NCBI GenBank assembly: GCA_005893265.1
Contig: VBOX01000085.1
Coordinates: 5,017 to 69,016 of the forward strand
Direction: 5' to 3'
Source: Candidatus Eiseniibacteriota bacterium
GTDB lineage: Bacteria > Eisenbacteria > RBG-16-71-46 > SZUA-252
Length of the DNA stretch: 64,000 nucleotides
Shown: positions 52,737-62,362 of the stretch, piece by piece
Position numbering within the stretch: the stretch's first letter is position 1
How the letters are laid out: each line of letters begins with the position of its first letter
Made by a program: the position numbers and the translations under genes
The notes under the pieces: model-generated
Told to the model about the DNA's origin: nothing
Seen by the model: only the letters and a program-made list of their open reading frames with translations
Databases searched by the model: none

Positions 52737-55111
52737 GCCGCCCCGATGAGAATCCCGGCCGCGGCGCCGGCTCGGCCATCCGACTCCTCCCGGGACTCTC
52801 CAGCCTCAGCTTCGCCGTTCAATCCGCGTTCGACGCGCAGGGCCTCGTGGCGGCGGTGGCGCGGCACGTCCTGGAGCTCGCGCGGGCCGACTCATTCTCG
52901 CTCCTTCTGCTCGACTACGAAACCGGCGAGCTGCACGGGGATCACTTCGAGCACGGCACGCACGGGCCCACGGGAACGTGCCGGGTCACGCCGCGTCCCG
53001 GTGGCTTTCTCGCGCAGGTGCTGCGACGGGAGACGCTCATCGTCGAGGACGCGCTCCGCATGGAGGCCGCCGATTGGAAGGAGCTCCATTGGGGCGGGCG
53101 GGTGCCCCACGCTCTCGTCGGGGTACCGATCATCGTGGGTACCTCGCTCCTGGGCGTAGCGCTCTTGGGCTTCAACCGGCCGCTCAAGGCGAGTGCGCGC
53201 AGGCGCCGGGCGCTGCTCTTCCTCGCCGATCAGATCGGTCTCGCGGTCGACCGGATCCGCACGCACGCGGAGCTCGAGCAGAAGACGGTCCAACTCGAGG
53301 AAGCCAGCGTGTCTCTCCGGCGGATCGACGAGATGAAATCGGAGCTGATCTCGGTCGTGTCGCACGAGCTTCGGACTCCCCTGACCTCGATCAAGGCGTA
53401 TACCGAGACCCTGCTCGACAACGTGCACAATCCCGCCTTCACGATGCACGAGAAGTTCCTCGGGATCATCAACGAGGAATGCGACCGCTTGACGAGAATC
53501 GTGAACGACGTGCTCGACCTGAGCCGGATGGATTCCGGGCGGCGGAGGCTCAAGTCGGAACCGGTCGCGCTGGACCGCCTGCTCGACGAGGTCCTGCCGA
53601 CCGTAGGGCCGCAGCTCGCGCCCAGGCGCCTCTCCGTCGTGCCCGACTTCGCCCCTGGGCTCCCTCTGATCGAGGCGGATCCCGATCTACTGAAGCAGGT
53701 GCTGGTGAACCTCATCACCAACGCGGCCAAGTTCTCCCGCGAAAGCTCCCCCATCACGATTCACGCGAGGACTGTGGCCGATCGAATGCACATCGTCGTC
53801 GAGGACCATGGGATGGGGATTCCCGCCGACAAGCTGAACCGCGTGTTCGAGCGCTTCTTCCGGGTCGAAGAGGGAGGAGCGGAGCGGATCGGCGGATCGG
53901 GGCTGGGGCTCGCGATCGTGAAGAGCGTCGTGGAGCTTCACGGCGGCACCGTTCGCGTCGAGAGCGACCTGGGACGGGGGAGCCGGTTCGTGATGGAGCT
54001 TCCCTTGGTCCAGCGCGGATTCCGGAATCTGATGCGCTCGCTCGAGCCGTTCTTCGAGATGCCGGAGCTGCGCACCCTTCTCTCGAGCGCGGTCGAGATG
54101 GTGGCCGAGGTGATGGAGGCGCGGAACGTCTCGATCATGTTCTTCAACGAGGACGGCACCGAGCTTCACATCCGCGCGGCGCACGGCCTCGACCCGGACA
54201 TGGTGGCGAGGGCCCGGGTCAAGACCGGGGCGTCGATTGCGGGGTGGGTCGCCCAGACCAACGAGAACCTCCTCGTGAACGACATCGAAAACGACCGGAG
54301 ATTTCGCAAGCTGAACCATCCGCAGTACGAGACGAAGTCGCTCCTGTGCGTGCCGCTCCGGATCTCCGGCGAGACGGTCGGGGTCGTGAACGTGAGCAGC
54401 AAGTCGACGGGGCTTCCGTTCGATCCCGACGATCTGAGTCTCCTGGTCGCGATCTCGAAGCGGGTTGGCACCGCGCTGGAGCGCGTGCGGTCGGCCGGTT
54501 CCTCCGGGGACGTTTACACGACCCTGAATACCATCCGCACCGTCATCCGCGCCAAGCGGAGCTACTCCCTCTGGAGCTCGCGCCGCGCGTTCAAGCTCGC
54601 GACCGACCTCGGCCGGAAGCTCGGACTCGCGGAGGAGGAGCTCGAGGTTCTCGGCTACGTGGCGCGCGTCCACGACGTCGGCATGCTCGCGGTGGGCGAG
54701 GACCTCGTCTTGAGCTCACGGCGGTGGACGGAGCAGGAGCGGCGCCGCGTCGAGACGCATCCGCGCGACGGCGTTCGCGTGCTTCAGCCGATCGAATTCG
54801 CCTCTCGCGCGAACGAAATCATCCTGAGCCACCACGAGCACTTCGACGGCCACGGCTATCCGCGTGGCCTCGCCGGGGAGGAGATCCCGCTCGCGGCCCG
54901 TATCCTGGCGGTCGTGGACGCGTTCGAGGCCATGACGCTGGGACGGCCCTACCGCGATTCCATACCCGAGGCTGAGGCGCTCGCCGAAGTGAGGCGGTGC
55001 TCCGGGACGCAGTTCGATCCACGGGTCGTGAAGGAGTTCGAGCGTCTGATCGCCCGGAAGGGGACGGTCCGCGCCAGCTCCTTGCTGGCGCACCGGAAGG
55101 TATCCACATGA
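52730..55111 (+). CDS. Hybrid sensor: GAF - HisKA/HATPase_c histidine kinase - GAF - HD-GYP
   Basis: HisKA H-box (SHELRTPLTSIKAY), HATPase N/G boxes (NLITNAAKF, DHGMGI, GGSGLGLAI), a second GAF, then HD-GYP (ARVHDVGM, HHEHFDGHGYP). The start ATG 52730 overlaps the previous stop (ATGTTGA). Confidence 0.8.
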   Translation: MLSRPDENPGRGAGSAIRLLPGLSSLSFAVQSAFDAQGLVAAVARHVLELARADSFSLLLLDYETGELHGDHFEHGTHGPTGTCRVTPRPGGFLAQVLRRETLIVEDALRMEAADWKELHWGGRVPHALVGVPIIVGTSLLGVALLGFNRPLKASARRRRALLFLADQIGLAVDRIRTHAELEQKTVQLEEASVSLRRIDEMKSELISVVSHELRTPLTSIKAYTETLLDNVHNPAFTMHEKFLGIINEECDRLTRIVNDVLDLSRMDSGRRRLKSEPVALDRLLDEVLPTVGPQLAPRRLSVVPDFAPGLPLIEADPDLLKQVLVNLITNAAKFSRESSPITIHARTVADRMHIVVEDHGMGIPADKLNRVFERFFRVEEGGAERIGGSGLGLAIVKSVVELHGGTVRVESDLGRGSRFVMELPLVQRGFRNLMRSLEPFFEMPELRTLLSSAVEMVAEVMEARNVSIMFFNEDGTELHIRAAHGLDPDMVARARVKTGASIAGWVAQTNENLLVNDIENDRRFRKLNHPQYETKSLLCVPLRISGETVGVVNVSSKSTGLPFDPDDLSLLVAISKRVGTALERVRSAGSSGDVYTTLNTIRTVIRAKRSYSLWSSRRAFKLATDLGRKLGLAEEELEVLGYVARVHDVGMLAVGEDLVLSSRRWTEQERRRVETHPRDGVRVLQPIEFASRANEIILSHHEHFDGHGYPRGLAGEEIPLAARILAVVDAFEAMTLGRPYRDSIPEAEALAEVRRCSGTQFDPRVVKEFERLIARKGTVRASSLLAHRKVST

Positions 55112-57687
55112 TTCCGTCCGTGGAGCTGGTCTGGGCCCTCGCGGCCGCCGTGCTCCTCATCATGGAGCAGCTGCGCCATCGCCGCTCGCTTCGGCACGAG
55201 CTCAAGTCGCTCCGCTCGTCCTACGACGCCGTGATCCACCGGAACGAGGAGCTGACCCAGGCAAGCGACAAGATGAGCGACCTCTACCGATACCAGCTCC
55301 TCACGAGCCGCAAGCGCGCGGCCAGGATCAAGAAGGTGCTGGAGATCGCGACGAGCATCAATTCGAACCTCTCGTTGGACAAGGTCCTCCATGAGATCGT
55401 GCACGCGGTCTCGGACGCGGCGGGGTTCCGGATGGTCCTGCTGCGCGTCCTCAATGAGTCGAGCGGGGCGTTCGAGGCTCGGGCGTTCGCGGGGCTGAAC
55501 CGAGAGGCGATCCGAAAGCTCGAGCAGCATCGAATCCCACGCTCCGAGTTCGACAGCTGGCTGAAGGAGGAGTTCCGGGTCAGCCGCTCCTACTTCATCA
55601 GCCACGACCGGAAGTTCTGGGGGAAGGAAGACGACGAGGGCTTCACGCCGGACTTGGGGATCCGCAAGGAGGGGGAGTGGCATCAGGAGGACGTCCTCTT
55701 CGTCCCGCTCTATACGAAAGACGGCGCGACGATCGGCTACCTCTCCGTCGACGATCCGGTGGACCGCCGGCTCCCTTCCCGGGAGACCGTCGAGACCTTG
55801 GAGATCCTCGCGACCCATGCGGTCGTGGCCATCCAGAACGCGAGCCTCTACGAGCGTCTGAACCAGAGCATGGGTCAGCTCGAGGAGGCGACCGAGCGCG
55901 CCGAGGAGCTGAACGACCTCAAGTCCTCCTTCGTCTCGACCGTTTCCCACGAGCTCCGGACGCCCTTGACCGCGATCCGCGCGTACGTGGAAGCGCTCCT
56001 CGAGAGCGTGGGCTCACCCAACATCGAGATGCAGCGTCAGTTCTTGGGCGTGATCGACGACCAGAGCCTGAAGCTCCGGCGACTCATCGATTCCGTTCTC
56101 GAGCTGTCTCAGCTCGAGTCGGGCCGGTTCCGCATGAACCGCGAGCCGTTCAACCTGGTCGCCCTGACCGACGAGGTCGTCGAGGCTCTGCACCCGATGG
56201 CCGATCCGAAAAGGATCACGATCCGGACCGAGTCGGAGGTGCCCGAGATCGTGGTCGAGGCGGACCGCGCGCTGATGAAGCGCGTCCTCAACAACCTGGG
56301 AAGCAATGCGATCAAGTTCACCCACGAGGGCGGGACGGTCACCTTACGGACGAAAAACGAGGGGCGCGCGGTGCGCATCCAGGTGGAGGACACGGGGATC
56401 GGGATCCCGAAAGAGGAAATCGAGAAGATCTTCGACAAGTTCTATCAGATCGACAGCTCCCTGTCGCGCGAGTATCCGGGCGTGGGCTTGGGCCTCACCG
56501 TCTCGAAGAGCATCATCGAATGGCACGGTGGGGAAATCCTGGCGGAGAGCGAGACGGGTGTGGGATCGCGCTTCACCGTGCTCATGCCGGTCACCCCCGG
56601 GGACGCGAACGTAATCACCCACGCCACCTGGACTCCCTCCCGCTCGGTCTCGGATCACTTGACCCGGCTCACGGTGGAGATGATCGCTGAGGTCATGAAC
56701 GCGCGCACCGCGTCCTTCATGCTCGTGGACGAGGAGAAGTCCGAGCTCTACATACGCGCCGCCCGCGGCCTGCGTGAAGAAGTGGTCTGCGGCACCCGCG
56801 TCAAGATCGGCGACTCGATCGCCGGGTGGGTGGCGAAGCACGGCCAGCCGCTCCTCGTCACCAACATCGAGGAGGACCCGCGGTTCGGCAGGCCGAACGG
56901 CCATCAATACGAGACCAAGTCGCTCCTTTCGGTCCCGGTCAAGATCGGGGGACGGGTGGTCGGCGTGATCAACATCAACAACAAGGTCTCGTGCACTCCA
57001 TTCACGGAGGACGACCGCGCGCTCCTCTCCTCCCTCTCGGATCGGGTCGCCTTGGCCTGGCAGCGCGTCTCCGACCACGAACGCACGTCCGACCGAACCG
57101 AGGAGACCGCGAAGGCTCTGGCCGCGATCATCGAGAACGCGCGGCGCAGCCGGCTCAAGCTGAGCTCCGGCTCGATGGCGGGCCGGGCGGTGGCGCTGGC
57201 GCGGAAGATGGAGCTCAAGGATGAGGACGTGGAGGTGCTCGCCTACGTCGCGAGCGTCCACGACGTCGGGATGTCGCAGATTGACCTTTCCGTCCTGCAG
57301 GAGCCGGGCAAGTTGGACGACGAGGCCTGGGCCGAAGTGGCGCTCCATCCCCTGCGCTCCGCGGAGATCGTGAAACCGATCGAGTTCCAGGAGCAGGTGA
57401 CCGAAATCATTCTGGCGCACCACGAGCGGATGGATGGACGTGGATACCCACGGGGCATCAAGGGGGACCGAATTCCCCTCGGCGCCCGGATCATCGCCGT
57501 TCTCGACGCCTACGAGTCGATGACGATGGGGAGGCCCTACCGGCACGCGATGAGCCACCAGGACGCGGTCCAAGAGCTGCGTCAGTGCAAGGGAACCCAG
57601 TTTGACTCGAGGGTGGTGGAGGCGTTCGCGCAACTTCCTGAGTTTCAGGAGAATACAAAGCTAGTTCGGGCTGGAGAACCGGCTTAA
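55108..57687 (+). CDS. Paralogous hybrid sensor: TM - GAF - histidine kinase - GAF - HD-GYP
   Basis: Same architecture as the upstream gene, with an N-terminal TM helix. H-box SHELRTPLTAIRAY, G-boxes DTGIGI/GVGLGL, HD-GYP (ASVHDVGM, HHERMDGRGYP). ATGA overlap at 55108-55111. Confidence 0.8.
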   Translation: MIPSVELVWALAAAVLLIMEQLRHRRSLRHELKSLRSSYDAVIHRNEELTQASDKMSDLYRYQLLTSRKRAARIKKVLEIATSINSNLSLDKVLHEIVHAVSDAAGFRMVLLRVLNESSGAFEARAFAGLNREAIRKLEQHRIPRSEFDSWLKEEFRVSRSYFISHDRKFWGKEDDEGFTPDLGIRKEGEWHQEDVLFVPLYTKDGATIGYLSVDDPVDRRLPSRETVETLEILATHAVVAIQNASLYERLNQSMGQLEEATERAEELNDLKSSFVSTVSHELRTPLTAIRAYVEALLESVGSPNIEMQRQFLGVIDDQSLKLRRLIDSVLELSQLESGRFRMNREPFNLVALTDEVVEALHPMADPKRITIRTESEVPEIVVEADRALMKRVLNNLGSNAIKFTHEGGTVTLRTKNEGRAVRIQVEDTGIGIPKEEIEKIFDKFYQIDSSLSREYPGVGLGLTVSKSIIEWHGGEILAESETGVGSRFTVLMPVTPGDANVITHATWTPSRSVSDHLTRLTVEMIAEVMNARTASFMLVDEEKSELYIRAARGLREEVVCGTRVKIGDSIAGWVAKHGQPLLVTNIEEDPRFGRPNGHQYETKSLLSVPVKIGGRVVGVININNKVSCTPFTEDDRALLSSLSDRVALAWQRVSDHERTSDRTEETAKALAAIIENARRSRLKLSSGSMAGRAVALARKMELKDEDVEVLAYVASVHDVGMSQIDLSVLQEPGKLDDEAWAEVALHPLRSAEIVKPIEFQEQVTEIILAHHERMDGRGYPRGIKGDRIPLGARIIAVLDAYESMTMGRPYRHAMSHQDAVQELRQCKGTQFDSRVVEAFAQLPEFQENTKLVRAGEPA

Positions 57688-57733
57688 GGCGCCGATAGAA
57701 CCCATGCCGGGCAGGCAGGAGGAGGTGAGTCGG

Positions 57734-58135
57734 ATGTCCAAAGGGAAAATCCTGGTCGTGGATGATGAAATCTACATTGTCCACATCCTGGACTTCAGTT
57801 TGGGGATGGAAGGCTACGAGGTCGTAACGGCACTGGATGGCGAACAGGCGCTCGAAAAGGTGAAGAACGAGAAGCCCGACCTCATCGTGCTCGACATCAT
57901 GATGCCGAAGCTGGACGGATACGAAGTTTGCAAGAGCATCAAGTCGAGCGCCGCGACCCAACATATTCCGGTGATCCTCCTCTCGGCCAAGGGACGAAAC
58001 GTCGACCAGAAGCTCGGCTTCGACGTGGGCGCGGACGATTACATCACGAAGCCGTTCAGTCCCCGAAAGCTGGTCGAGCGCATCAACCAGCTGCTCGGCC
58101 AGACCGTCACCGAGCGACCCGCTCCCTCCGCGTAG
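57734..58135 (+). CDS. Single-domain response regulator (CheY-like)
   Basis: MSKGKILVVDDE ... DLIVLDIMMP ... ITKPF. RBS GGAGGAGGTGAG. 133 aa. Confidence 0.75.
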   Translation: MSKGKILVVDDEIYIVHILDFSLGMEGYEVVTALDGEQALEKVKNEKPDLIVLDIMMPKLDGYEVCKSIKSSAATQHIPVILLSAKGRNVDQKLGFDVGADDYITKPFSPRKLVERINQLLGQTVTERPAPSA

Positions 58136-58248
58136 GCTCCCCTCGGCTCCACGAGTCGAGCTTGAGGGGACGCCGCGCGCGTGCCCATCGGCTCTGTTGA
58201 GGGCTCCCTCCAGGTCTTTTCCCTCCGCGAGTGCTACCATGCGTCGCT

Positions 58249-60267
58249 ATGGCCTTGGTCCGCGTCGCAGTTCCCATCCCTCTTGCCCGCGAAGAGTCGC
58301 TCGTCTATGAGATCCCGGAGGAAGACACCCCGGAGGTAGGGCTCCGCGTGCTCGTGCCGGTCGGTCCGCGGCGCGTCTGGGGCACGGTGCTTGGGGTCGA
58401 AAAGACCCGGCCGGAATTTCGGGTACGCCGCATCGCCGGAATTCCCGAGCCCCGCCTGGTGGTCACGCCGGAGCTTCTCGGGCTTTGCCGCTGGGTGGCG
58501 GACTACTATGCCGCCAATCTGAGCGACGTGCTGCAGGCGGCCGTGCCGTCCCCGATCGGGCTCACGCGACGCGCGGTGCGCGCCCCGGAGGAGGGGGAGG
58601 CTGCGTGGCTCGCGGTCGCTCCCCCGCGTCGGGAGGAGTTGAACGAGGAGCAGCACGCGGCGCTCACCGCGTTGGAAGAAGCGCTCCGCACGCGCGAGTT
58701 CCGCGCCTTCCTTCTTTTCGGTGTAACCGGAAGCGGAAAGACGGCGGTTTACCTCCACGCCGCCGCCGAAGCGTTGAAGCTCGGCGGACAGACACTCATT
58801 CTCGTTCCCGAGATCGCGCTCTCCCCCCAGACGCTCGACTCCTTCCGCCGCGCGGGATTCGAGCGGGTGGCGCTCTACCACAGCACGCTTCGTCCCCGGG
58901 AGCGCGCCGACGTGTGGCGGGCCGCGGCCATGGGGGAAATCGACCTGGTCGTCGGTACCCGGTCGGCGGTATTCCTGCCCTTCCGGAACCTCCGCCTCGT
59001 CGTCGTGGACGAGGAGCAAGACGGAGCCTACAAGCAGGATGATTCTCCGCGGTACCACGCGCGCGACGTGGCGCTCGTGCGCGCCCAGCGGCTGGGCGGG
59101 ACCGTCATCCTCGCGTCGGCGACTCCCAGCCTGGAAAGCTTCGCGCGCGTAAAGCGCGGGCAGTGCGGGCTCCTTCGCCTTTCGAGGCGGATCGACGGAA
59201 GGCCGCTCCCGACGGTGCGAATCACCGATCTACGGCACCGCGCGGCGTCCACCGCCCCTTCCGGCGGGTCGCGCTACATCACCCCACCCCTCGTCGAGGC
59301 GATGGCGAAGACGCTCGAGAGGCGCGAGCAGGCGATCCTTTTCTTGAACCGCCGGGGCCACTCCACGTATCTACAGTGCCGGGGTTGTGGGGACGTGGCG
59401 CGGTGCAAGCGCTGCGACGTTTCGTTTACGGTGCACTTGGATGACGGGTCGCTCCGGTGTCACTACTGCGGCGCGGAGCGGAAGCTCATGCCCACATGCG
59501 CCGGCTGCGGCGCCTCGAACCTATGGTTCGGAGGCGTCGGAATCCAGCGCATCGAGCGCGAGGTTGGAAAGCTCTTCCCCGAGGCCCGGATCGCGAGGCT
59601 CGACTTCGACGCCACGCGGAAGCGCGGCTCCGCGGCCGCGATCCTGAGCGCGTTCCGTGCGGGGGAAACCGATTTCCTCCTCGGCACGCAGATGGTCGCG
59701 AAGGGATTCGATTTCCCCATGGTCACCCTCGTGGGGATCATCGTGGCGGACCTGCAGCTGTATCTGCCCGATTTCCGCGCCGCCGAGAGAACCTTCCAGC
59801 TCCTGACCCAGGTTGCCGGCCGTGCGGGACGCGGGGCACGAGCCGGAGAGGTGATCCTCCAGACTTACGATCCCGACCATCCGGCGCTGCGGTGCGCGGC
59901 GGCTCAGGATTTCGAGATGTTTTTCGATCAGGAGGCCGCCGAAAGAATGGAGCTTCACTATCCGCCCTTCGGCCATCTGGTGGAGGTGGAGATCCGCGGC
60001 GCGAAGAAAGAACGCGTCATTCGGGCGGCCGGCATGATCCGGGACGCCCTTGGCGTGCTCGCGCGCCAGCTCGACGTGGAGCTTCTCGGCCCCGCCCCCA
60101 AGCCGATCGCGCGAATCCAGGGGGCGGAGCGGTGGCACATCCTGATAAGGAGCGGCTCGCGGAAAACGCTCCAAGCCTATTTGAAGGGCGCGGTTCCAGT
60201 CCTCCGCACCCGAACCTGGCCGGGCGTTCGAGTCAGCGTGGATGTAGATCCCAGGCACGTGTTGTAA
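58249..60267 (+). CDS. priA: Primosomal protein N' (replication restart helicase PriA)
   Basis: Walker A (GVTGSGKT), a DEEQD box, and a double Cys cluster (CRGCGDVARCKRCDVS...CHYCGAERKLMPTCAGCG) typical of PriA. Confidence 0.85.
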   Translation: MALVRVAVPIPLAREESLVYEIPEEDTPEVGLRVLVPVGPRRVWGTVLGVEKTRPEFRVRRIAGIPEPRLVVTPELLGLCRWVADYYAANLSDVLQAAVPSPIGLTRRAVRAPEEGEAAWLAVAPPRREELNEEQHAALTALEEALRTREFRAFLLFGVTGSGKTAVYLHAAAEALKLGGQTLILVPEIALSPQTLDSFRRAGFERVALYHSTLRPRERADVWRAAAMGEIDLVVGTRSAVFLPFRNLRLVVVDEEQDGAYKQDDSPRYHARDVALVRAQRLGGTVILASATPSLESFARVKRGQCGLLRLSRRIDGRPLPTVRITDLRHRAASTAPSGGSRYITPPLVEAMAKTLERREQAILFLNRRGHSTYLQCRGCGDVARCKRCDVSFTVHLDDGSLRCHYCGAERKLMPTCAGCGASNLWFGGVGIQRIEREVGKLFPEARIARLDFDATRKRGSAAAILSAFRAGETDFLLGTQMVAKGFDFPMVTLVGIIVADLQLYLPDFRAAERTFQLLTQVAGRAGRGARAGEVILQTYDPDHPALRCAAAQDFEMFFDQEAAERMELHYPPFGHLVEVEIRGAKKERVIRAAGMIRDALGVLARQLDVELLGPAPKPIARIQGAERWHILIRSGSRKTLQAYLKGAVPVLRTRTWPGVRVSVDVDPRHVL

Positions 60268-60327
60268 GTCACGCCACAGTATCATGTTATGTAGAACTGT
60301 CCCCATCCGTGGATCCGGTGAACCTGC

Positions 60328-60356
60328 TTGACAGGCCGGGCATCGGAGGCTCTAAT
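60328..60356 (+). promoter_or_regulatory. Sigma70-like promoter candidate (TTGACA - 17 nt - TCTAAT)
   Basis: Read from the sequence about 80 nt upstream of the TPR gene ATG. A TATATATAG run follows at about 60393. Confidence 0.35.
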
Positions 60357-60434
60357 CGAACGATGGGCGGAACGAGGGCCGTAGCGGACGGTATATATAG
60401 TAGACGTCGAACGAGCACCAGTCTCGGAGGTCGG

Positions 60435-62069
60435 ATGCAACTCGTTACCATGAAAGTGAAACGTTGTCTGGCTTCGGCGGGAATCGCGAGCCTCGCCGTC
60501 TTTTCCGTCCAGCCGGCTTCCGCCAGCGTCTGTTTCACGAGCGGCAAGGTCTACGTCCAGCAAAAGGTCTACGACAAGGCCGCCTATTTTCTCGAGTGCG
60601 CGCGAAAAGGGGAGCCTACGAACGTCGAGGCGCTGTCGCTCCTCGCGTTCGCCCGCGCCCAACAGCGTGAGTACATTTCCGCCGGGGCCGCCTTCCAGCT
60701 CGGCCTCGACGCCGCGAACAAGAAGGGTGACAAGAAGAAGGTGGAGGACTTGCAGCGAAACCGGCTCGCGGTGAACGCGCAGCTGTTCAACGCCGGAATC
60801 GGGGCGCTGAACCGCGCGGGCGGCGTTGAAGTGGAGAACGATCGCTCCTCAGGGGACGAGGGGACGCCGCAGGGCAAGATCGAGAAGCAGTACGGTCCGC
60901 CGCGCGAGTACTCGCGATTCAAGGAGGCGGGGCGTGTGCACGAGTTCTGGTACTACCCTGACTCGGGCCTGACCTTCCACTTCGCTCCCAGCTCGGATGA
61001 GGCGACGAGGCTGGAATACAAGCCCTACGAGGGGCTCGGGGATCTGCAACGCGCGGTTACCGACACGACCCTCTTCCCGCTCTATTCGGGCGGCTCGTAC
61101 GTGGCCGAGGCCGCGTACGATTTCCAGCTGGCGTCGTACGTTGATCCCACGTCGCTCGAGACCTACCAAAACCTCGCCTACGTACTGAGCCTCATGGGAA
61201 GAACCGAGGACGCGATGCGCGCCGCGCAAGCCGGGCTCGCGATCAAGCCGGACGACGAGAGGCTGCATAACAACCTGCGGGCCGCCGCGATGTCACGGGG
61301 GAACCGGCTCTACAACGCGAAGAAGTACCCCGAGGCGATCAAGGCGTACCGACAGGCCATGCTCGTCGATCCGAAGAGCGCGCCGGGATATGTCCTCAAG
61401 ATCGCGGACGCCTGGTACGCCATTGCGCAGCCGCTCGCCAAAGGATCGCCGGCGCAGAAGGCTGCCTACGACAGCGCCGCGGTCGGGTACGCCGCCGTCG
61501 TGGAACAGCCGGGAGCCTCCGACGAGGTCAAGCAGAACGCGCTCTACAACGCGGCCGTGATCTACGCCAATCAGGAGATCTATCCCAAGGCCATCGAGAT
61601 CCTTGACCGGGCCTGCGGGCTCTATCCCAAGTACAAGGAGATTTGGGCCCTGGCAGGGCAGGCGAAGTACCACGCGAAGGACGGGAAGGGCGCGGAAGCG
61701 GCCTTGCGCCACGCCCTCGAGCTGGACCCCCAAGACCCCGACAACCACCAGTACCTGTTCCTGACCTTGAACTTGCTGAACAGGAAGGAAGAGTCGGTCG
61801 CCGAGTACACGATCTACAAGGCCTTGAGCGAAGGCACGAAGAAGACGGAGGTCAAGGTCTGGGTCGATTCCGCCGATAACCGTCTGGGCGCCGCCAATCA
61901 GCTCAAGACCGTGGTCAAGACCGAAGGCGTCCCGGAAGAGGTCTACACGTACAGCGAAGGGGACAAGCGGTTCGAGACCTGGTTCTACTGGTCCAAGGGA
62001 AAATCGTTTACGTTCATGGAAGGGCAGATTTTCTCGAAGGGTGCCTTCCCTCCGAAGAAGTCGAGTTAG
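60435..62069 (+). CDS. Secreted TPR-repeat protein
   Basis: Signal peptide (VKRCLASAGIASLAVFSVQPASA) and multiple TPR-like helical repeats (AYRQAM..DPK..., ALELDPQDPDNH). The long track ORF from 59457 overlaps priA; the start is set at ATG 60435. Confidence 0.65.
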   Translation: MQLVTMKVKRCLASAGIASLAVFSVQPASASVCFTSGKVYVQQKVYDKAAYFLECARKGEPTNVEALSLLAFARAQQREYISAGAAFQLGLDAANKKGDKKKVEDLQRNRLAVNAQLFNAGIGALNRAGGVEVENDRSSGDEGTPQGKIEKQYGPPREYSRFKEAGRVHEFWYYPDSGLTFHFAPSSDEATRLEYKPYEGLGDLQRAVTDTTLFPLYSGGSYVAEAAYDFQLASYVDPTSLETYQNLAYVLSLMGRTEDAMRAAQAGLAIKPDDERLHNNLRAAAMSRGNRLYNAKKYPEAIKAYRQAMLVDPKSAPGYVLKIADAWYAIAQPLAKGSPAQKAAYDSAAVGYAAVVEQPGASDEVKQNALYNAAVIYANQEIYPKAIEILDRACGLYPKYKEIWALAGQAKYHAKDGKGAEAALRHALELDPQDPDNHQYLFLTLNLLNRKEESVAEYTIYKALSEGTKKTEVKVWVDSADNRLGAANQLKTVVKTEGVPEEVYTYSEGDKRFETWFYWSKGKSFTFMEGQIFSKGAFPPKKSS

Positions 62070-62362
62070 CGACCGCGCGTCCGGGGGTACGTTGCCTACC
62101 AGATCCCACGCGTTGATCTGCGCGCCTCGGACGTTTTCAGAATAGACCTTGACACCTTCCGGGGAGATCAGTAGTCTAAGTATACGGACCAGCAGGGGGT
62201 CCCTAGGGCCGGGATGGCGCCGACCCTGAGCAAGTTCCCCGATGATCGGATCGCCTGTGTGCGGTCCCGCGCCAAGCCACACCGGAATCAACCAACAACC
62301 CTCTGACGTAATAACGATTCCCGGGCTCCCTCTACCTTGAGGACCGCAGTGCGGTTAGCATA

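Noticed and set aside
51932-55111. 1059-aa ORF starting inside the REC-GGDDF gene
   Set aside because: The N-terminal 266 codons are an off-frame read of the upstream gene. The real protein begins at ATG 52730 (MLSRPDENPG) with a GAF domain. The same logic was applied to 54997-57687 (real start 55108) and 59457-62069 (real start 60435).
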